DNA from: Schizosaccharomyces osmophilus
Taxonomy: Eukaryota
Direction of reading: 5' to 3'
NCBI RefSeq assembly: GCF_027921745.1
Contig: NC_079238.1
Coordinates: forward strand, 1,984,001 to 2,048,000
Length of the DNA stretch: 64,000 nt
The notes under the pieces were generated by a model. The model worked only from the letters and a program-made list of their open reading frames with translations. It made no database searches and was not told the DNA's origin. Both the position numbers and the translations under genes were made by a program. This document shows, one piece after another, positions 36,687 through 48,066 of this stretch; position 1 is the first letter of the stretch; the number at the start of each line of letters is the position of its first letter.

Positions 36687-37034
36687 GCTGCAATGCAGAG
36701 AAAGCAATTAAAAGGTTTTTGGATTTGGAAATGTGGATTTCTACATGTTGTACATGTTTACCAAACATTTTGGGTTATTGGAATGAGCATAATGTTTAGA
36801 ATTAGTTAATTCAACATGATTTTTGTATTAAATTCTTAGAGCTTGCATCGAATAGTATGGTAACATGAATTTAGAGAAGAAAGTAAAGAGAAAGCATACG
36901 AAGTTACAAAGTATGGGTGGAAAAGAATGGAAGAAGAAGAATAGGAAGAGGAAGTAAAACATAGAAAACGAGTAGAAATTGATACAAAAAAAGAATGAGA
37001 ACAGAATCAACGAACGGCCGGGTGGATGATGGTC

Positions 37035-37934
37035 TTAGTTGGCAGAGGGTCGAACGTTGTTGGAGAGTAAAAATTCGGCGATTGTATGAAAGTAGCCCTC
37101 GCCTAAGCAAGTATCGTTGTGCTTTGATTTAGGGAAAATACAAAGGCGTTTTAGTTTACTAGGGCAGAGGCCGTAGAGGAGCTGCATTTGGATAGGAGGG
37201 ACGATTTCATCATCAGCACCGGAAAGGAAGAGAACGGGCAATTCATGAAGATTGCGGATAGCACGTACGCTCTCCCATTTTTCGGTACAGAAATGGCTTA
37301 GGAGAGTTCCGATGTAAGGAAAGACAGTGGGGATCATGTCCTTGATGGAAGTAAAAGTGTTTTCAAGGACCAAAGCAGAGATGAGGGACTCGTTTTTGGA
37401 AGCAAGAGACAAGGCAACGGCGCCACCGACGGATTGGCCGTAAACGACGATTTTTGTGGAAGAGCAAACGGGGTGCTGTTTAAGAAAGTCCAATGCGGTT
37501 TGAGCATCGATGTTCATTCCAAGTTCGCTGGGAGAGCCGGTGCTTCTGCCGTAGCCACGGTATGAGAGGATAAAGACGTTCATGCCCAGAGCAGAATAAA
37601 AGACACGAGCGATGGGCAGACGATGGCCCATATTGCCGGCATTGGCGTGGAAGTAGAGGAGAGTGGGACAAGATTGAGGGGCTTTGGGTTGAAGCATCAA
37701 GTAAGAGTCGAGGGAGACCTTGTCGCGGGTTTTCAAGGAGATTTGTTCATAGTCTATACCGAAATCTTTTGGAGTAGCGATGGTGGAGCGAGAGCCTTCG
37801 GGAAAGGAACTGGGATAAATAATGGATTTTTGATAACGGTACAAAAAGGCGAGAGCAATAACAGTGATGGAGAGCGAGACGGCACCACCGTACTTTAAGA
37901 CTTGAAAGGTGGTTTCAGCAAAGATTGACGACAT
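37035..37934 (-). CDS. bem46: Alpha/beta hydrolase of the BEM46/ABHD13 family
   Basis: YFHANAGNMGHR, SYRGYG, nucleophile motif GQSVGG, DDEIVP and HNDT; N-terminal TM. First ATG at 37934. Confidence 0.92.
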   Translation of the reverse strand: MSSIFAETTFQVLKYGGAVSLSITVIALAFLYRYQKSIIYPSSFPEGSRSTIATPKDFGIDYEQISLKTRDKVSLDSYLMLQPKAPQSCPTLLYFHANAGNMGHRLPIARVFYSALGMNVFILSYRGYGRSTGSPSELGMNIDAQTALDFLKQHPVCSSTKIVVYGQSVGGAVALSLASKNESLISALVLENTFTSIKDMIPTVFPYIGTLLSHFCTEKWESVRAIRNLHELPVLFLSGADDEIVPPIQMQLLYGLCPSKLKRLCIFPKSKHNDTCLGEGYFHTIAEFLLSNNVRPSAN

Positions 37935-37939
37935 GGTTG

Positions 37940-39800
37940 GATAGAGAGAGGGAGAGAAAAAAAAGAAAAGAAAAAGTAAAGAAAAACCAGACAACCGAAA
38001 GGAGAATCCAAAAGAGACGTCAAAAAGAGTGGTTGTTAGTTGTTATTTGGGGGGAGGAGAGGAAAGGAAAACGAAAATTAGGAAACGGTCAAAGCAAAGC
38101 TAAAGCTAAAGCAAAACAAAACAAAAAAGACGAAAACGAAGCAAAGGGTGGAACGATAAGAGCAGGAAGGGTTCTTTTGGAAATGTCAAAGCGAAGCAAC
38201 CAACGACTCTTGAGTGGGATAACGAATTTGTAAGTGAGACGTTTGAGTGTGATATGTGTTGTAAGTGAGAGAGCAGAGCGCGTAAAGTCAGAGAAGGATA
38301 AGCAGCCGCAAGTGCGTTGTAGAGAGATAGAGAGGACTAGAGAGGACTAGAGAGGGAGAGCGATGGATTAACAAGGAAGAGAGACAGACGCAGGAAGAGA
38401 GCAGAGAGAGAGAGAGAGAGAAAGCGAGAGAAATGCGTTAAGACAGACCAAAGCAGCCAAGGCAAAGAAAACATTCTCCCAAAGAAATAAACAAACAAAA
38501 AAGAAGCTAAAAAGAATCCAAATAACAAATTTTCATAAAAGAAAAAAACCCAACTTTACCAACTTCGCTGCCTTCGCTGCCATCTCTCTCTGGTCTCTCT
38601 GCTCTCTTCCTCACCAGGCCACAGCACACAGCAAACAGCAAGGCACCGTCCCTCCTTCCCACCTTCTTGCTCGCTAAGCTTTGCTCCAACCATCTCCGCC
38701 CTCTCCAATCTTTTTTTTCTTGTTCCCTCGAATGTTCCTTCTTTTGTTCTCTCTGACTTCATAACCGCTACCCCGCGGATATTGTGGCCAATCATTGATT
38801 GAGAAAATTTGGATCCGCGGTAGTTGAGTTTGTTCCGTAACCAACGAAATTCCGTTTATCTATGTTCTCCGCAGCCGCGAGGTTTTAGCTCGTAGACGCA
38901 AAAGCGAACATTTTTTCCCAACAACTAAAAATCATAAATCATTGTCAACGCGTTTCTCTTTCTCTTTCTCTCTCTCTCTGCTCTGTGCGCTCATATTCTC
39001 TCTCTCTCTCTTCTTCCTTGTTAATCCATTCAGGGTCATCTGTTGTTTTCTTGAACAACACCAAATTGTTCTCCCACTCGTCTCTTTTACCATCGGTTTC
39101 TGGCATTTAACGACTTCCAAGGAACTCTTGTGGATTTGTGTTTGTCTTTGGAAAACGTCATTGCATTTTCGTCACTTGATAAAAAAAAAAAGAACAACGT
39201 TTATACGTGCGACTCGTTACTGTTTGGATTCCCGTTCCCCGCTTCTTCTCCTCCCCCATAAAATACTAAGCGGAAACTCTCCTTTCTTCCTACCCCAAAC
39301 CTCCACAAACCACGAGTAGGACGCTACCAGCAAATTTTGGATTACTCCTGTTCATTGACTTTGGATCATCACTTTGAACGTTTCCCGTATTGGCTTTTAT
39401 GCTATTTGGCTCTCTCTCTCTTTTTGGATACAACATTTGTGTGTCTGTATAAGATATTTTGTTCTCGTTGCTTTCATTGCATTCTTTTCCATAGAATTGC
39501 AAAAGAAAACAACATCTTGAAAGTATTCATCCAAAAATAAAAACACAATTTTTTTTTCCTTTCTTTCTCCTCTCCTCTATTCCAAACGATTTTAAATTCG
39601 GAAACGTGTTTTGTCGTTGATTCACCCTGGTTTCTTTTTTTCTTTTTTTCTTTTTTTTAGTTTTTCATCTCCCTCCTTTTCCTCTTGCATTTGATTTCGA
39701 TTCAAAAAAAATCTGTTAAAAGTATTATAGAAAGTCGTTGTGTGTGTGTGCTTTTCGTTTTTTTATCTAGTTTTCCTTTTGTAACACTTTCCTTCCCGTT
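37940..39800. repeat. Low-complexity polypurine/polypyrimidine region with (GA)n/(CT)n microsatellites between divergent bem46 and nep2
   Basis: The + strand is purine-rich to about 38560 and pyrimidine-rich after it. (AG)n near 38403-38421, (CT)n near 38955-39010, tandem AGAGAGGACT and CTTCGCTGC. Confidence 0.8.
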
Positions 39801-39842
39801 CTTTTGCTTGCTGAAACGCGTGTTGCTTCGATTGTATTTGTC

Positions 39843-40976
39843 ATGCGATCTAATTCCATTTTTTACAAGGAGATTGATAGTCCAGTGGTCAAGAAAAATA
39901 CTATAACACGCCCACCATCCAACGAATCCTCCTCTACAAATTCGGATTCTTCTCCGAAGAAAAACAAAAAGAGTTTTCTTCGTTCCTTGTTTTCTAGCGG
40001 TTCCAACCACCAACATCAAACCGACAAAGGCCTTTGCTCCACCCTTCATCAAATTTGGATCGAGTATTACGAAGTCTGTCTTCGCAAGGAAGATGTCGAC
40101 CACTTTAACCCCGGTTACTGGATCCTTGACACAAACATCGATTTCTATTACGAAATTCTTCTCCGTCAGGTCCTTTTAAAACAGGCTCCCGAAAACAGCG
40201 GTCAAATCTATCTTCTTCGTCCTGCCATGGTCTTTTTCCTCGCTCAGGCCCCCGATCCCGCCGACATCGTCTCCGCTCTCCCGCCTGCCATGTTTAATGC
40301 CAAATTTATCTTTTTACCCATCAACGACACAAATGAATGCGGTATCGAAAGCGGCTCGCACTGGAGTTTGCTGGTCATTTCCATCGAAAAGGGTTTAGGC
40401 TGGTATTACGATTCCATGTCCAATGGCAACACAAACGATTGTAATCTTGCCCTCAAAAATCTCGGCATCCTCTTTAAAAAAGAATTCCGCATTCGACACA
40501 TGAAAACCCCTCAACAGATTAACCATTGCGATTGCGGTTTACATGTTTGTGAAAACACCCGGATTCTCATGTATCGACTCTTGCAAAAGCCTTACATCCC
40601 GCGTGTCGACATGAGCATCGAAAACACAAGGGTAGACAGTCATCGTATTCGGAAAAACATGATGCAAATTATCACTGGTCTCATTACAGAGTATGGGTCG
40701 AAAATACCCAATTCACCAGATTTCGCTCCTGATCCCGAAAAGGATAGCAGAATATTTTCACGAATCTTTGATACTGTGCTTTATGACGATAGCTTTTCAG
40801 AAAAATTGAAGGAGCCATTGCTTTCTCCGTCCTCGTCCTCCACTGAGAACCCAAAACATAGGCCCAAAAGTGCCACCGCCGTTCCAGTGAATAATCCCCT
40901 TTTCGAAACCACTTCACCGATGATTGGAAGGGCGGAAACACTGCCACATGCCCATCAATCCATCGAGATTCACTAA
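39843..40976 (+). CDS. nep2: NEDD8-specific (Ulp1/C48-family) protease
   Basis: WILDTNIDFYYE, FLPIND, SGSHWSLLV, YYDS and QQINHCDCGLHV give the His-Asp-Cys triad. First in-frame ATG at 39843. Confidence 0.85.
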   Translation: MRSNSIFYKEIDSPVVKKNTITRPPSNESSSTNSDSSPKKNKKSFLRSLFSSGSNHQHQTDKGLCSTLHQIWIEYYEVCLRKEDVDHFNPGYWILDTNIDFYYEILLRQVLLKQAPENSGQIYLLRPAMVFFLAQAPDPADIVSALPPAMFNAKFIFLPINDTNECGIESGSHWSLLVISIEKGLGWYYDSMSNGNTNDCNLALKNLGILFKKEFRIRHMKTPQQINHCDCGLHVCENTRILMYRLLQKPYIPRVDMSIENTRVDSHRIRKNMMQIITGLITEYGSKIPNSPDFAPDPEKDSRIFSRIFDTVLYDDSFSEKLKEPLLSPSSSSTENPKHRPKSATAVPVNNPLFETTSPMIGRAETLPHAHQSIEIH

Positions 40977-41851
40977 TCTTCTGTCTTGTTTTTCTTCACT
41001 CACTTCTTCCGTCCTTGCTTGTCAAAACAGAGAAGAAGTTTCATCTCGGTTTGAAGATTTGTAAAAAAAAAAAAGAACAAAATACACCATGACGTCTTTA
41101 TTTAAAATCCTTTTACGTTCAGCGCTTCACTTCTTGCTTGTAATCAAGAAGTTTTCAAAACAAGTCCTTTTTTATGCCGTGTAAGTAACTGTTTGGTTAT
41201 GCACGTCTGATCTTTAGGCTACAACTTGCTTTATTAATAAAAAGCAGCTAATTTTGTTGAGATGAAAGATATACTTATGGTTTCCACCGTGCCTTTTTTA
41301 TCATCATGTTTTTATTTTCTATTGTTCAGTGATTTGTTAAATTACGCTGGTCAGCCCAGTCGCTCGTTTGAATGTTTCGCCGTTTTGCCGTTATTTATGA
41401 ATGGAAATGAGAGGACCTCTTACCTCTTCTTTTGTTTAAATCCTGTCTCCTTCCTATGTTCATGAAGACAACGTTCCTTTTAATTTTCAATTATATTTAT
41501 TTATTGTGGACTATATCTTTCCTGTAATGAGGACAAAACCGATAGTAAACTTTGCATTTTTTTGAATATACTTTGTAATGATATGCTGTGCTTATCTTTT
41601 TACATACGATTAAAATCTCCCAAATATGTTGCTTCCTTTGTCATTGTAAAAAAGCTCACCTAATCGAAAGAGATGAAGGCAAAGTTGTTTTATTTTTTTT
41701 CAATCAAAAGAGTATAGCTATGTAAAAGACAGCCAACACAAATTTGTGGATTTCCCAAAATGTGGTTTCACTACTTTCACCTTTCATTTCGTAAGCAAAC
41801 AACACTGCCTTCATCAATCTAGAAACCTGAAAGAAGTCCTTTTGCAGACGA

Positions 41852-42575
41852 ATGAGTATAGAAAACAATTATATTTTAAGACAAGTTTCAGAGTCTGATC
41901 GAAAAGCTTGTTTTATTGTAAGGCAAAAGATGTGAACTTCCAAAACAGCTTATGGAAACCTTGTAAACCTGCTACTAACATACAAAAAAACTAGTGCTAC
42001 AAATTGACTAAATGGGTATTAATTACAAAATCCAAGTCCGATTTGTACGTAATTTCAAAACACTTGCTGTGTGCTCTAGCATTCGGGTTGAAGCTTACCA
42101 TCAATTCAGTTTTTACACTTGTTTTAATCACCTAGAGGATCGTGGATTTGCAACCTCAACTTATGATCCTCATGAGAAACCAGCATCATCGCCTAAAACC
42201 GATGAAAGTTTTACGTCTTCTAAAAAGGACCATGATTCCAAAGAAAAATCAAGCAATGATGATTTAGGGAAAGATCATCTAGACAAGTCAGAAGAAAATC
42301 ATGAATCATCCAAAACCAAAACCAATTCCAATTCCAATTCTAATATTCCAACAAAAGAGCGGGACGTAGATTTAAAAGAAGCAAGGTCTTCGCCGTCCAC
42401 GTCTTCTTCGATCTCATCGGGCACAACAATGTCTGGCAGACAATACGTACTTCATCGAAACATATTTGAAATCAGGCTTCAGTTTCATAAAAATCTAGCT
42501 GCGCAGAGGAAGACCAAACTTTTACTAAATTCTGGGAAAGGCCTACCTTCACCACCTTCCAAACCTCTTCCTTGA
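41852..42575 (+). CDS. Vps4-associated protein Vfa1/DUF1742-like; exons 41852-41917, 41995-42044, 42110-42575
   Basis: Spliced [52 protein letters not shown] restores the CxxC...DFFYxCxxHL pattern; C-terminal [11 protein letters not shown]. Confidence 0.75.
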
Positions 42576-42686
42576 TTCTTTCCAAAAATTACCCTTTTGT
42601 CCTAAACGGACAACCTTAACCACTTTCTTTTATTGTCTTGCCTTTCTAAATCCCATTTACATGTATCATTACGCTATTTTTGTCGA

Positions 42687-42705
42687 GTAAACAGAAACTG
42701 TTTAC
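42687..42705. promoter_or_regulatory. Palindromic double forkhead site upstream of mis15
   Basis: GTAAACAG-AAA-CTGTTTAC: perfect 8-bp arms, each containing GTAAACA. Confidence 0.65.
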
Positions 42706-42808
42706 ATTTTTTCATTTTTTCACTTGCTGGCAAGTTTGTAATTCTATTAAATGCTCTTTTTGAACTTTCACTTCTTTTTCTTTTCTTAACAATTTGTTCT
42801 TTCGCGAA

Positions 42809-44053
42809 ATGAGTTCAACTACGGAGTTGCCAAACAAAACTATAATGAAAAATGGGTCGAGGATACAAACACTTCTAAATAGGCTTCCAAAGGATTTTTT
42901 AATTAAAAACTGTTTACATTGGATTCAATCACAAACGTATCCACCAAATGCAACTGCCAACGGCGTGGAAGATGAATTTCCTATGGAAGAATGGAATCCT
43001 TTACAGTTTTATCTCGATCCTCCGAAATCCATGCTCAAGCGTGCCATCGCTTATAGAATGATTAATGTGGACTGGCGAAATGGGTTTTCTTTAGGTCAGA
43101 TTGCCCATTTAGAGCTTTCTGCTATTGCTGAAGGCATATTTAGTTTCCGCTGGACGGGATCCAAGGTTTTTCATCAGCAAGAGCGTTCTTTGTTCTCGAA
43201 TCCGACCCTTATCCTTCAAATGCTTAAATTGGAATTACAGTCTTTATTCATCTACCATACATACATGCTGCAACACCCAACACTCCCTATATGGTTGATG
43301 CGTATCCAGTTACATGAGTCCAGCAAGCCATCATCTCTTCACCTAATTCCTTCCTCTCGACGAATTATATACCTGGGTGTAGTAAAAAATTCCGACATAT
43401 TATTGCATAACCTATTTTTGAAAAACGATGTTTGTCATAGGCTATTCTTGCAGTGTCTAACAAGGGTTGTGGATCGTCTTCAAACTGCCAGCTTTTTACA
43501 ACCGATAGAAATCACGGGAAAAAGTTTGGAAAGCTTGTATCAAATATTGGGCTCCCACCGAAAAGCTAATGCTTTAGGAGCCTGGCAAATTTATGGAAAT
43601 AATGAAATAGACTCGTCGCCATTAGACTTACGTCCAACGGTTTTGGATGACAAGCATCTTCATCCAAGACAAGTTGCGTCAAATACTTTAAGTGAATCCG
43701 ACAGGAAAATAGCAACTCAAAATCGATTTGGTGACATATCGAACCAGGCTCTTGATCGTGTAATAATTACTTTAAACCATGATTATTTGAGTGATAAAGA
43801 GGAAGAATTAAGAAATGCAAGTGTTCGGCGTAAATCACTTTCTGCTTCAAATGCCCATAGACCCATTTTGACGTTACAGTTTCGAGGCCAGCATGTTTTT
43901 CAAGGGATAAAAGAGCTTTGTGAAGAAGGTGCAATGGATCCGATTACAGTGCCTTCCTATTTGACTGGTGAAACGGGCAAATCTATGCTTTATGTTTACG
44001 ATGGATTGGAACAAGATAGACCAACCTTGCAAGGCTTTCAGGAAACATCGTAA
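42809..44053 (+). CDS. mis15: Inner kinetochore CENP-N/Chl4 orthologue
   Basis: Chl4-like DWRNGFSLGQIAHLE, LGAWQIY...SSPL and FRGQHVFQGIKELCE...PSYLTGETG. First ATG at 42809. Confidence 0.88.
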   Translation: MSSTTELPNKTIMKNGSRIQTLLNRLPKDFLIKNCLHWIQSQTYPPNATANGVEDEFPMEEWNPLQFYLDPPKSMLKRAIAYRMINVDWRNGFSLGQIAHLELSAIAEGIFSFRWTGSKVFHQQERSLFSNPTLILQMLKLELQSLFIYHTYMLQHPTLPIWLMRIQLHESSKPSSLHLIPSSRRIIYLGVVKNSDILLHNLFLKNDVCHRLFLQCLTRVVDRLQTASFLQPIEITGKSLESLYQILGSHRKANALGAWQIYGNNEIDSSPLDLRPTVLDDKHLHPRQVASNTLSESDRKIATQNRFGDISNQALDRVIITLNHDYLSDKEEELRNASVRRKSLSASNAHRPILTLQFRGQHVFQGIKELCEEGAMDPITVPSYLTGETGKSMLYVYDGLEQDRPTLQGFQETS

Positions 44054-44280
44054 GGTAAAGAAAGCACTTTCAAAAACGTACGTGTTTATATATTTTATTA
44101 TTCGATTCAACTGGAAGATTTAATGAACTGTTTATTACATAAATCAATATTGTAATTACACGACGCGGATAAAGTCTACTGCGTTGTACTATAAAATTAC
44201 AACCCTATGCAAATGCTTATCGCAAGATACAGATCCCAATTGTATTGCATTTTCAGTAAAATATATTAAACTTTTTCTGC

Positions 44281-44770
44281 TTAGGCGGCAACGGGACGGC
44301 CAAATCCACCACGGAAGGAAGGAGCGAATCCACCAGGGGCAGCACCATCATCCTTCTTCTCAGCACGACGGTAACCAGCATCAGCAGCAGCGCGCTCACG
44401 GGGTTCAGGGCGAGTAGCACGGGGAGCGGCAGGACGAGCTTGACGCTTGTGGGTAGCGGGCACAACCTCAGCAGGAAGATGAAGGTACTCACGCAAGTAT
44501 TCAACACCCTCGTTGTTCAAAGTGTAGTAGAAGTAGCCCCAGTTGTAACGGGTCTTGAGGAAACCACGAGAGTCCAAGGATTGGCAAGCCTTGATGACTT
44601 GCAAGTTGGGGACACCAACTTCAGGGTGCTTGGGAAGGTTGAAGTCTGCTTTAGTTAGTCACTAATTCAGAATAGTCATTAGTATCAAACTTACCCTTCT
44701 TGGCAACGAGGACACCTTGTTGGAACAAAGTTTGGTGAATGGCCTTGCGGTTCTCCTTGGGAATAAGCAT
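44281..44770 (-). CDS. rps1002: 40S ribosomal protein eS10; intron 44646-44694
   Basis: MLIPKENRKAIHQTLFQQGVLVAKK|DFNLPKHPE...QSLDSRGFLKTRYNWGYFYYTL; high codon bias. The paralogue number comes from synteny. Confidence 0.95.
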
Positions 44771-44823
44771 TTTGGTGAGGAATTTGCACGGATCAGAATG
44801 TACTTTCTGTGTTGTGGACAACC

Positions 44824-44862
44824 AGTGACTGCTCTCTATAAGTGTAAACGTTAGGGTAGGGT
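44824..44862 (-). promoter_or_regulatory. Ribosomal-protein promoter: HomolD-like box and HomolE
   Basis: Sense CAGTCACT (44831-44824; one mismatch to CAGTCACA) and exact ACCCTACCCT (44862-44853). Confidence 0.8.
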
Positions 44863-45336
44863 AAGAACTTTGCATTGTCCTTGGTTTTTGAAATTCGTAT
44901 ATAAGGAGAGGCAAGACATTGTAAAAATATTATAACAATGGTATCGTACAATGCGGTGTAAAAATATAAAGGACTTTAATTAATTGCACTAAACAATAAC
45001 TGCTTGCAGAAATGAGAAATGAACAAATATACTTCAGTGTATTTGAATGGTGCTTGGAGAAAATGTACTTTTATTTTTTATATTCTATTTTGATATTATT
45101 ACTCTTCCAAATTTTTTGAAGATTGAATGATACATTACCATTAGAAGCATGACAGTATCTCGATGAGAAAACATCAAACGAAATACAAATGATAACATAT
45201 GCAGCTTTGTGAAAAACATCTAGCTTTATTTTTTTACCAGCAAACCATTAACATACTCATAATTCAAATTCACTTGAAAACACAACCCAAAAAGCACAGC
45301 ATATAAACAAGCCTGTAAGACTATATGTATGCTGGA

Positions 45337-46776
45337 TTAATAACGCCGCCGCAAATTAGAAGGTGTCCATGGCAAATTAGGATGTGTTTCTGGGGTAGCA
45401 TCTTCATCTTGTTTATAGATCTTTATACTTTTATCGGCTTCACAAGTAATTAAACGAAGACCGGTTTTGTCAAAGGTGCTAGCGAATATTCCAGCCTCAC
45501 TATCCAAAGAACCGGGTTGAACAGTTGCCTGTAACTCTTGATATTTGTGGCCAGATTTCCAATCCCAAAAGCACATGCTTCCATTATCAGCTCCAGAAAA
45601 CATGGTATTATCCGGATTAATTGACAAGCTGTTAACGATCGCATTATGACCTTCAAAATTCCCCATAAAAGCTCCTTCAGGAAACTTCCAATGTTTAATA
45701 TTATCAGAAGAGCCACTGGCAAAAGTAAATTCTTGAGGATGTAGGGCGAGAGCTCTAACAGTTTTTTTATGATGTGTAAGGGTGGTCATTGTTTTACCAG
45801 CTGCCAGGTCCCACAAGCGAACAGTTGAATCCATGGATCCAGTAACTACTTGAGGATCATATTCCTGACAAGCCAAGGATGAAACTGTAGACTTGTGGCC
45901 AGCGAGAACATGAACATTCTGGCGAGTTCTCATATCCCAAACTCGAGCAACTGCATCACGGCCAGCGGTAATTAGCACATCGAGAGTAGGATGAAGACTT
46001 AAAGCATAAACACCTGAAAGATGTCCATGATAATGACGGATCACCTTGTTGGTTTCAAGATCCCAACATTTCACCATTTTATCTTCACCGCAGGAGAATA
46101 AATAAGGATGTCTAGGTGATACAGCAAGACCACGAACACCAGCAATATGACCAGTTAAAGTAAGTTTTAATGTTCCAGAAGCAAGATCCCAAATCTTAAT
46201 AGTTCTATCACCCGCGCCAGTACAAAACCATTCATTACCGGGTTCGACGTCCACACAACGAACCCATCCCAAGTGACCACTTATGACACGCATTAGCTTC
46301 CAAGGAGGATGCCACTCTGGACGGATTTGCTCGGCTAATGTTCTCTTTACCAACGATGCTTGCGATTCCTGCGCAAGTCGATGAGCAGCATCGGGAACGT
46401 TATTGATCTTCTCTAATGACTGCATAGGAACTTGACCCGCGACGGATTTATTACCCTGAAAGCTGCCTTGCTGACGAATTAGTGCTTGCTCAGATGGACC
46501 ATTAGGGTTCGTCGCGACAGCGAGAGCATTGCTAGGAGCGTATTCAAGAGCTTTTTCTTTAACAGTAGCATTTTTCCTTCTATAATTAAAGTCTTCTATA
46601 ATATTTCCATATTCAAATGACTCCTTAAAGCTTCTTTTGGTGCTTTGTCCAAGAGTTTTCTCAAAGGTAGGTGCAGACGCGAATTCAGGGCCAAATAGAG
46701 CCTTCGTTGTCCTCAAACTATTTGATACCAAAGACAAAACGTCTTGGCTGTCCAATTGATCTTCTTTCTCTGCCAT
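45337..46776 (-). CDS. prp5: Prp19-complex WD40 protein (PLRG1/Prp46 orthologue)
   Basis: [23 protein letters not shown], seven WD repeats and [12 protein letters not shown]...EDATPETHP. Confidence 0.95.
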   Translation of the reverse strand: MAEKEDQLDSQDVLSLVSNSLRTTKALFGPEFASAPTFEKTLGQSTKRSFKESFEYGNIIEDFNYRRKNATVKEKALEYAPSNALAVATNPNGPSEQALIRQQGSFQGNKSVAGQVPMQSLEKINNVPDAAHRLAQESQASLVKRTLAEQIRPEWHPPWKLMRVISGHLGWVRCVDVEPGNEWFCTGAGDRTIKIWDLASGTLKLTLTGHIAGVRGLAVSPRHPYLFSCGEDKMVKCWDLETNKVIRHYHGHLSGVYALSLHPTLDVLITAGRDAVARVWDMRTRQNVHVLAGHKSTVSSLACQEYDPQVVTGSMDSTVRLWDLAAGKTMTTLTHHKKTVRALALHPQEFTFASGSSDNIKHWKFPEGAFMGNFEGHNAIVNSLSINPDNTMFSGADNGSMCFWDWKSGHKYQELQATVQPGSLDSEAGIFASTFDKTGLRLITCEADKSIKIYKQDEDATPETHPNLPWTPSNLRRRY

Positions 46777-47093
46777 AAGTACAGGAGTCGGCGGTTCGTA
46801 CCTTTTCCTTCTGTATGGCAGTCGCCATGAATTGTGCAGGCAAGGTTGTTACAACAATTCACGTTTAGTGAAAACTTAAAGTAAGATATACTCATATTTC
46901 TTTTTATTCAAAAGTATACAAAAATTTATTAAAGATAAGTACATATTGAATAGAAAACTAAAGCAAAGAGAGGTTGATGTACAGTAATCAAAACTGTAGA
47001 TTTATAAAAGGTATAATCTTTACAAATTATATATATAGTAGACATAATGAATAACAACTAAGAAACGAGGATAAAACGTGAACTTAAGAAATG

Positions 47094-48066
47094 TTAAGAT
47101 AAAGCGTTCTGTATGGTGTCTATAGCCCATTTCACGTTTTGCTGAACACTCATGTTGCTTGCAGGACTAAGCTGTATGTGAGAATCAACCAATTTCCCAT
47201 AAACGTCTTTGTTTTGAAAAAGATGAGAATGGCCGTTGACATAACCTGGCCAGACGTAATTTTCAAAATAGTTAGGTGGATCCTGCCAAAACCCTGAATT
47301 ATTTTTTAGTTAATATTTGTTCAAATAGCCTTTTACGATAAGAAACGATCATAATCAACATACCTTCTTGGGTCACATAACCTTTACGAGATTCTCTACG
47401 GGCTTTTAACGTATCGAAGTCGCATGCCAGCATAAGACAAAGATCAAATGATTGAATGAGATCCTCGTTTACATAGAGCATAAAGCCATCCACAAAAATA
47501 AATTTGTAGCGTGAAGAAGAGATGGGGCTTTCTGGGTATTCTTCAAGGATTTCGTTATATTGCGTGAGTGCTTCTTTTGCAACGTTTAAGTTATCGCGGT
47601 TGTGAAGATGGGTAGGCAAATCACCATGTTTACGGATATATTTCAATGTTTCCAAAAATAAATCCAAGTTCAAGGACTCTTTGCAATCCCAATCGGCAAC
47701 TCCATCTTTTACAGGAATATCTGCATCGGTCTGGAGAACATTAGCACAATTGAACGACACACAGCCCAAGAAAAAAGACGAACCTTGTAAAAGTCGTCTT
47801 CATGGAGAATGGAAGATCCTTTAAAGATAGCATGAAGAAATTGAGTCAAAGTCTATATCCAAGTAAGGAAAGGTTAATGCTTTGAAAAAAAGAAGAAAAT
47901 AGAGAAAAGACAACCAGACCAAAAGCAAGCGCCGAGGAAGAAAAACCTATTTACATACCGATTTTCCACTGCAAGAAGCACCACTACAAAGACATTAATA
48001 TCAACCAGCGCAAGGGAGACAGTAACATTCGTACCTGACACCCACAATTACAGTTTTAGGAGGCAT
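47094..48066 (-). CDS. nrk1: Nicotinamide riboside kinase; introns 47984-48034, 47853-47958, 47731-47783, 47294-47363
   Basis: Spliced MPPKTVIVGVS|GASCSGKS|TLT (P-loop), HEDDFYK|TD, DWDC, FVDGFMLY and YVTQEG|FWQDPPNYFENYVWPGY. Confidence 0.9.

Noticed and set aside
37925..40103. Many 60-130-aa ORFs in the bem46/nep2 intergenic region
   Set aside because: They arise from stop-poor GA/CT low-complexity sequence, mostly have non-ATG starts, and have biased K/R/E or F/L/S composition.
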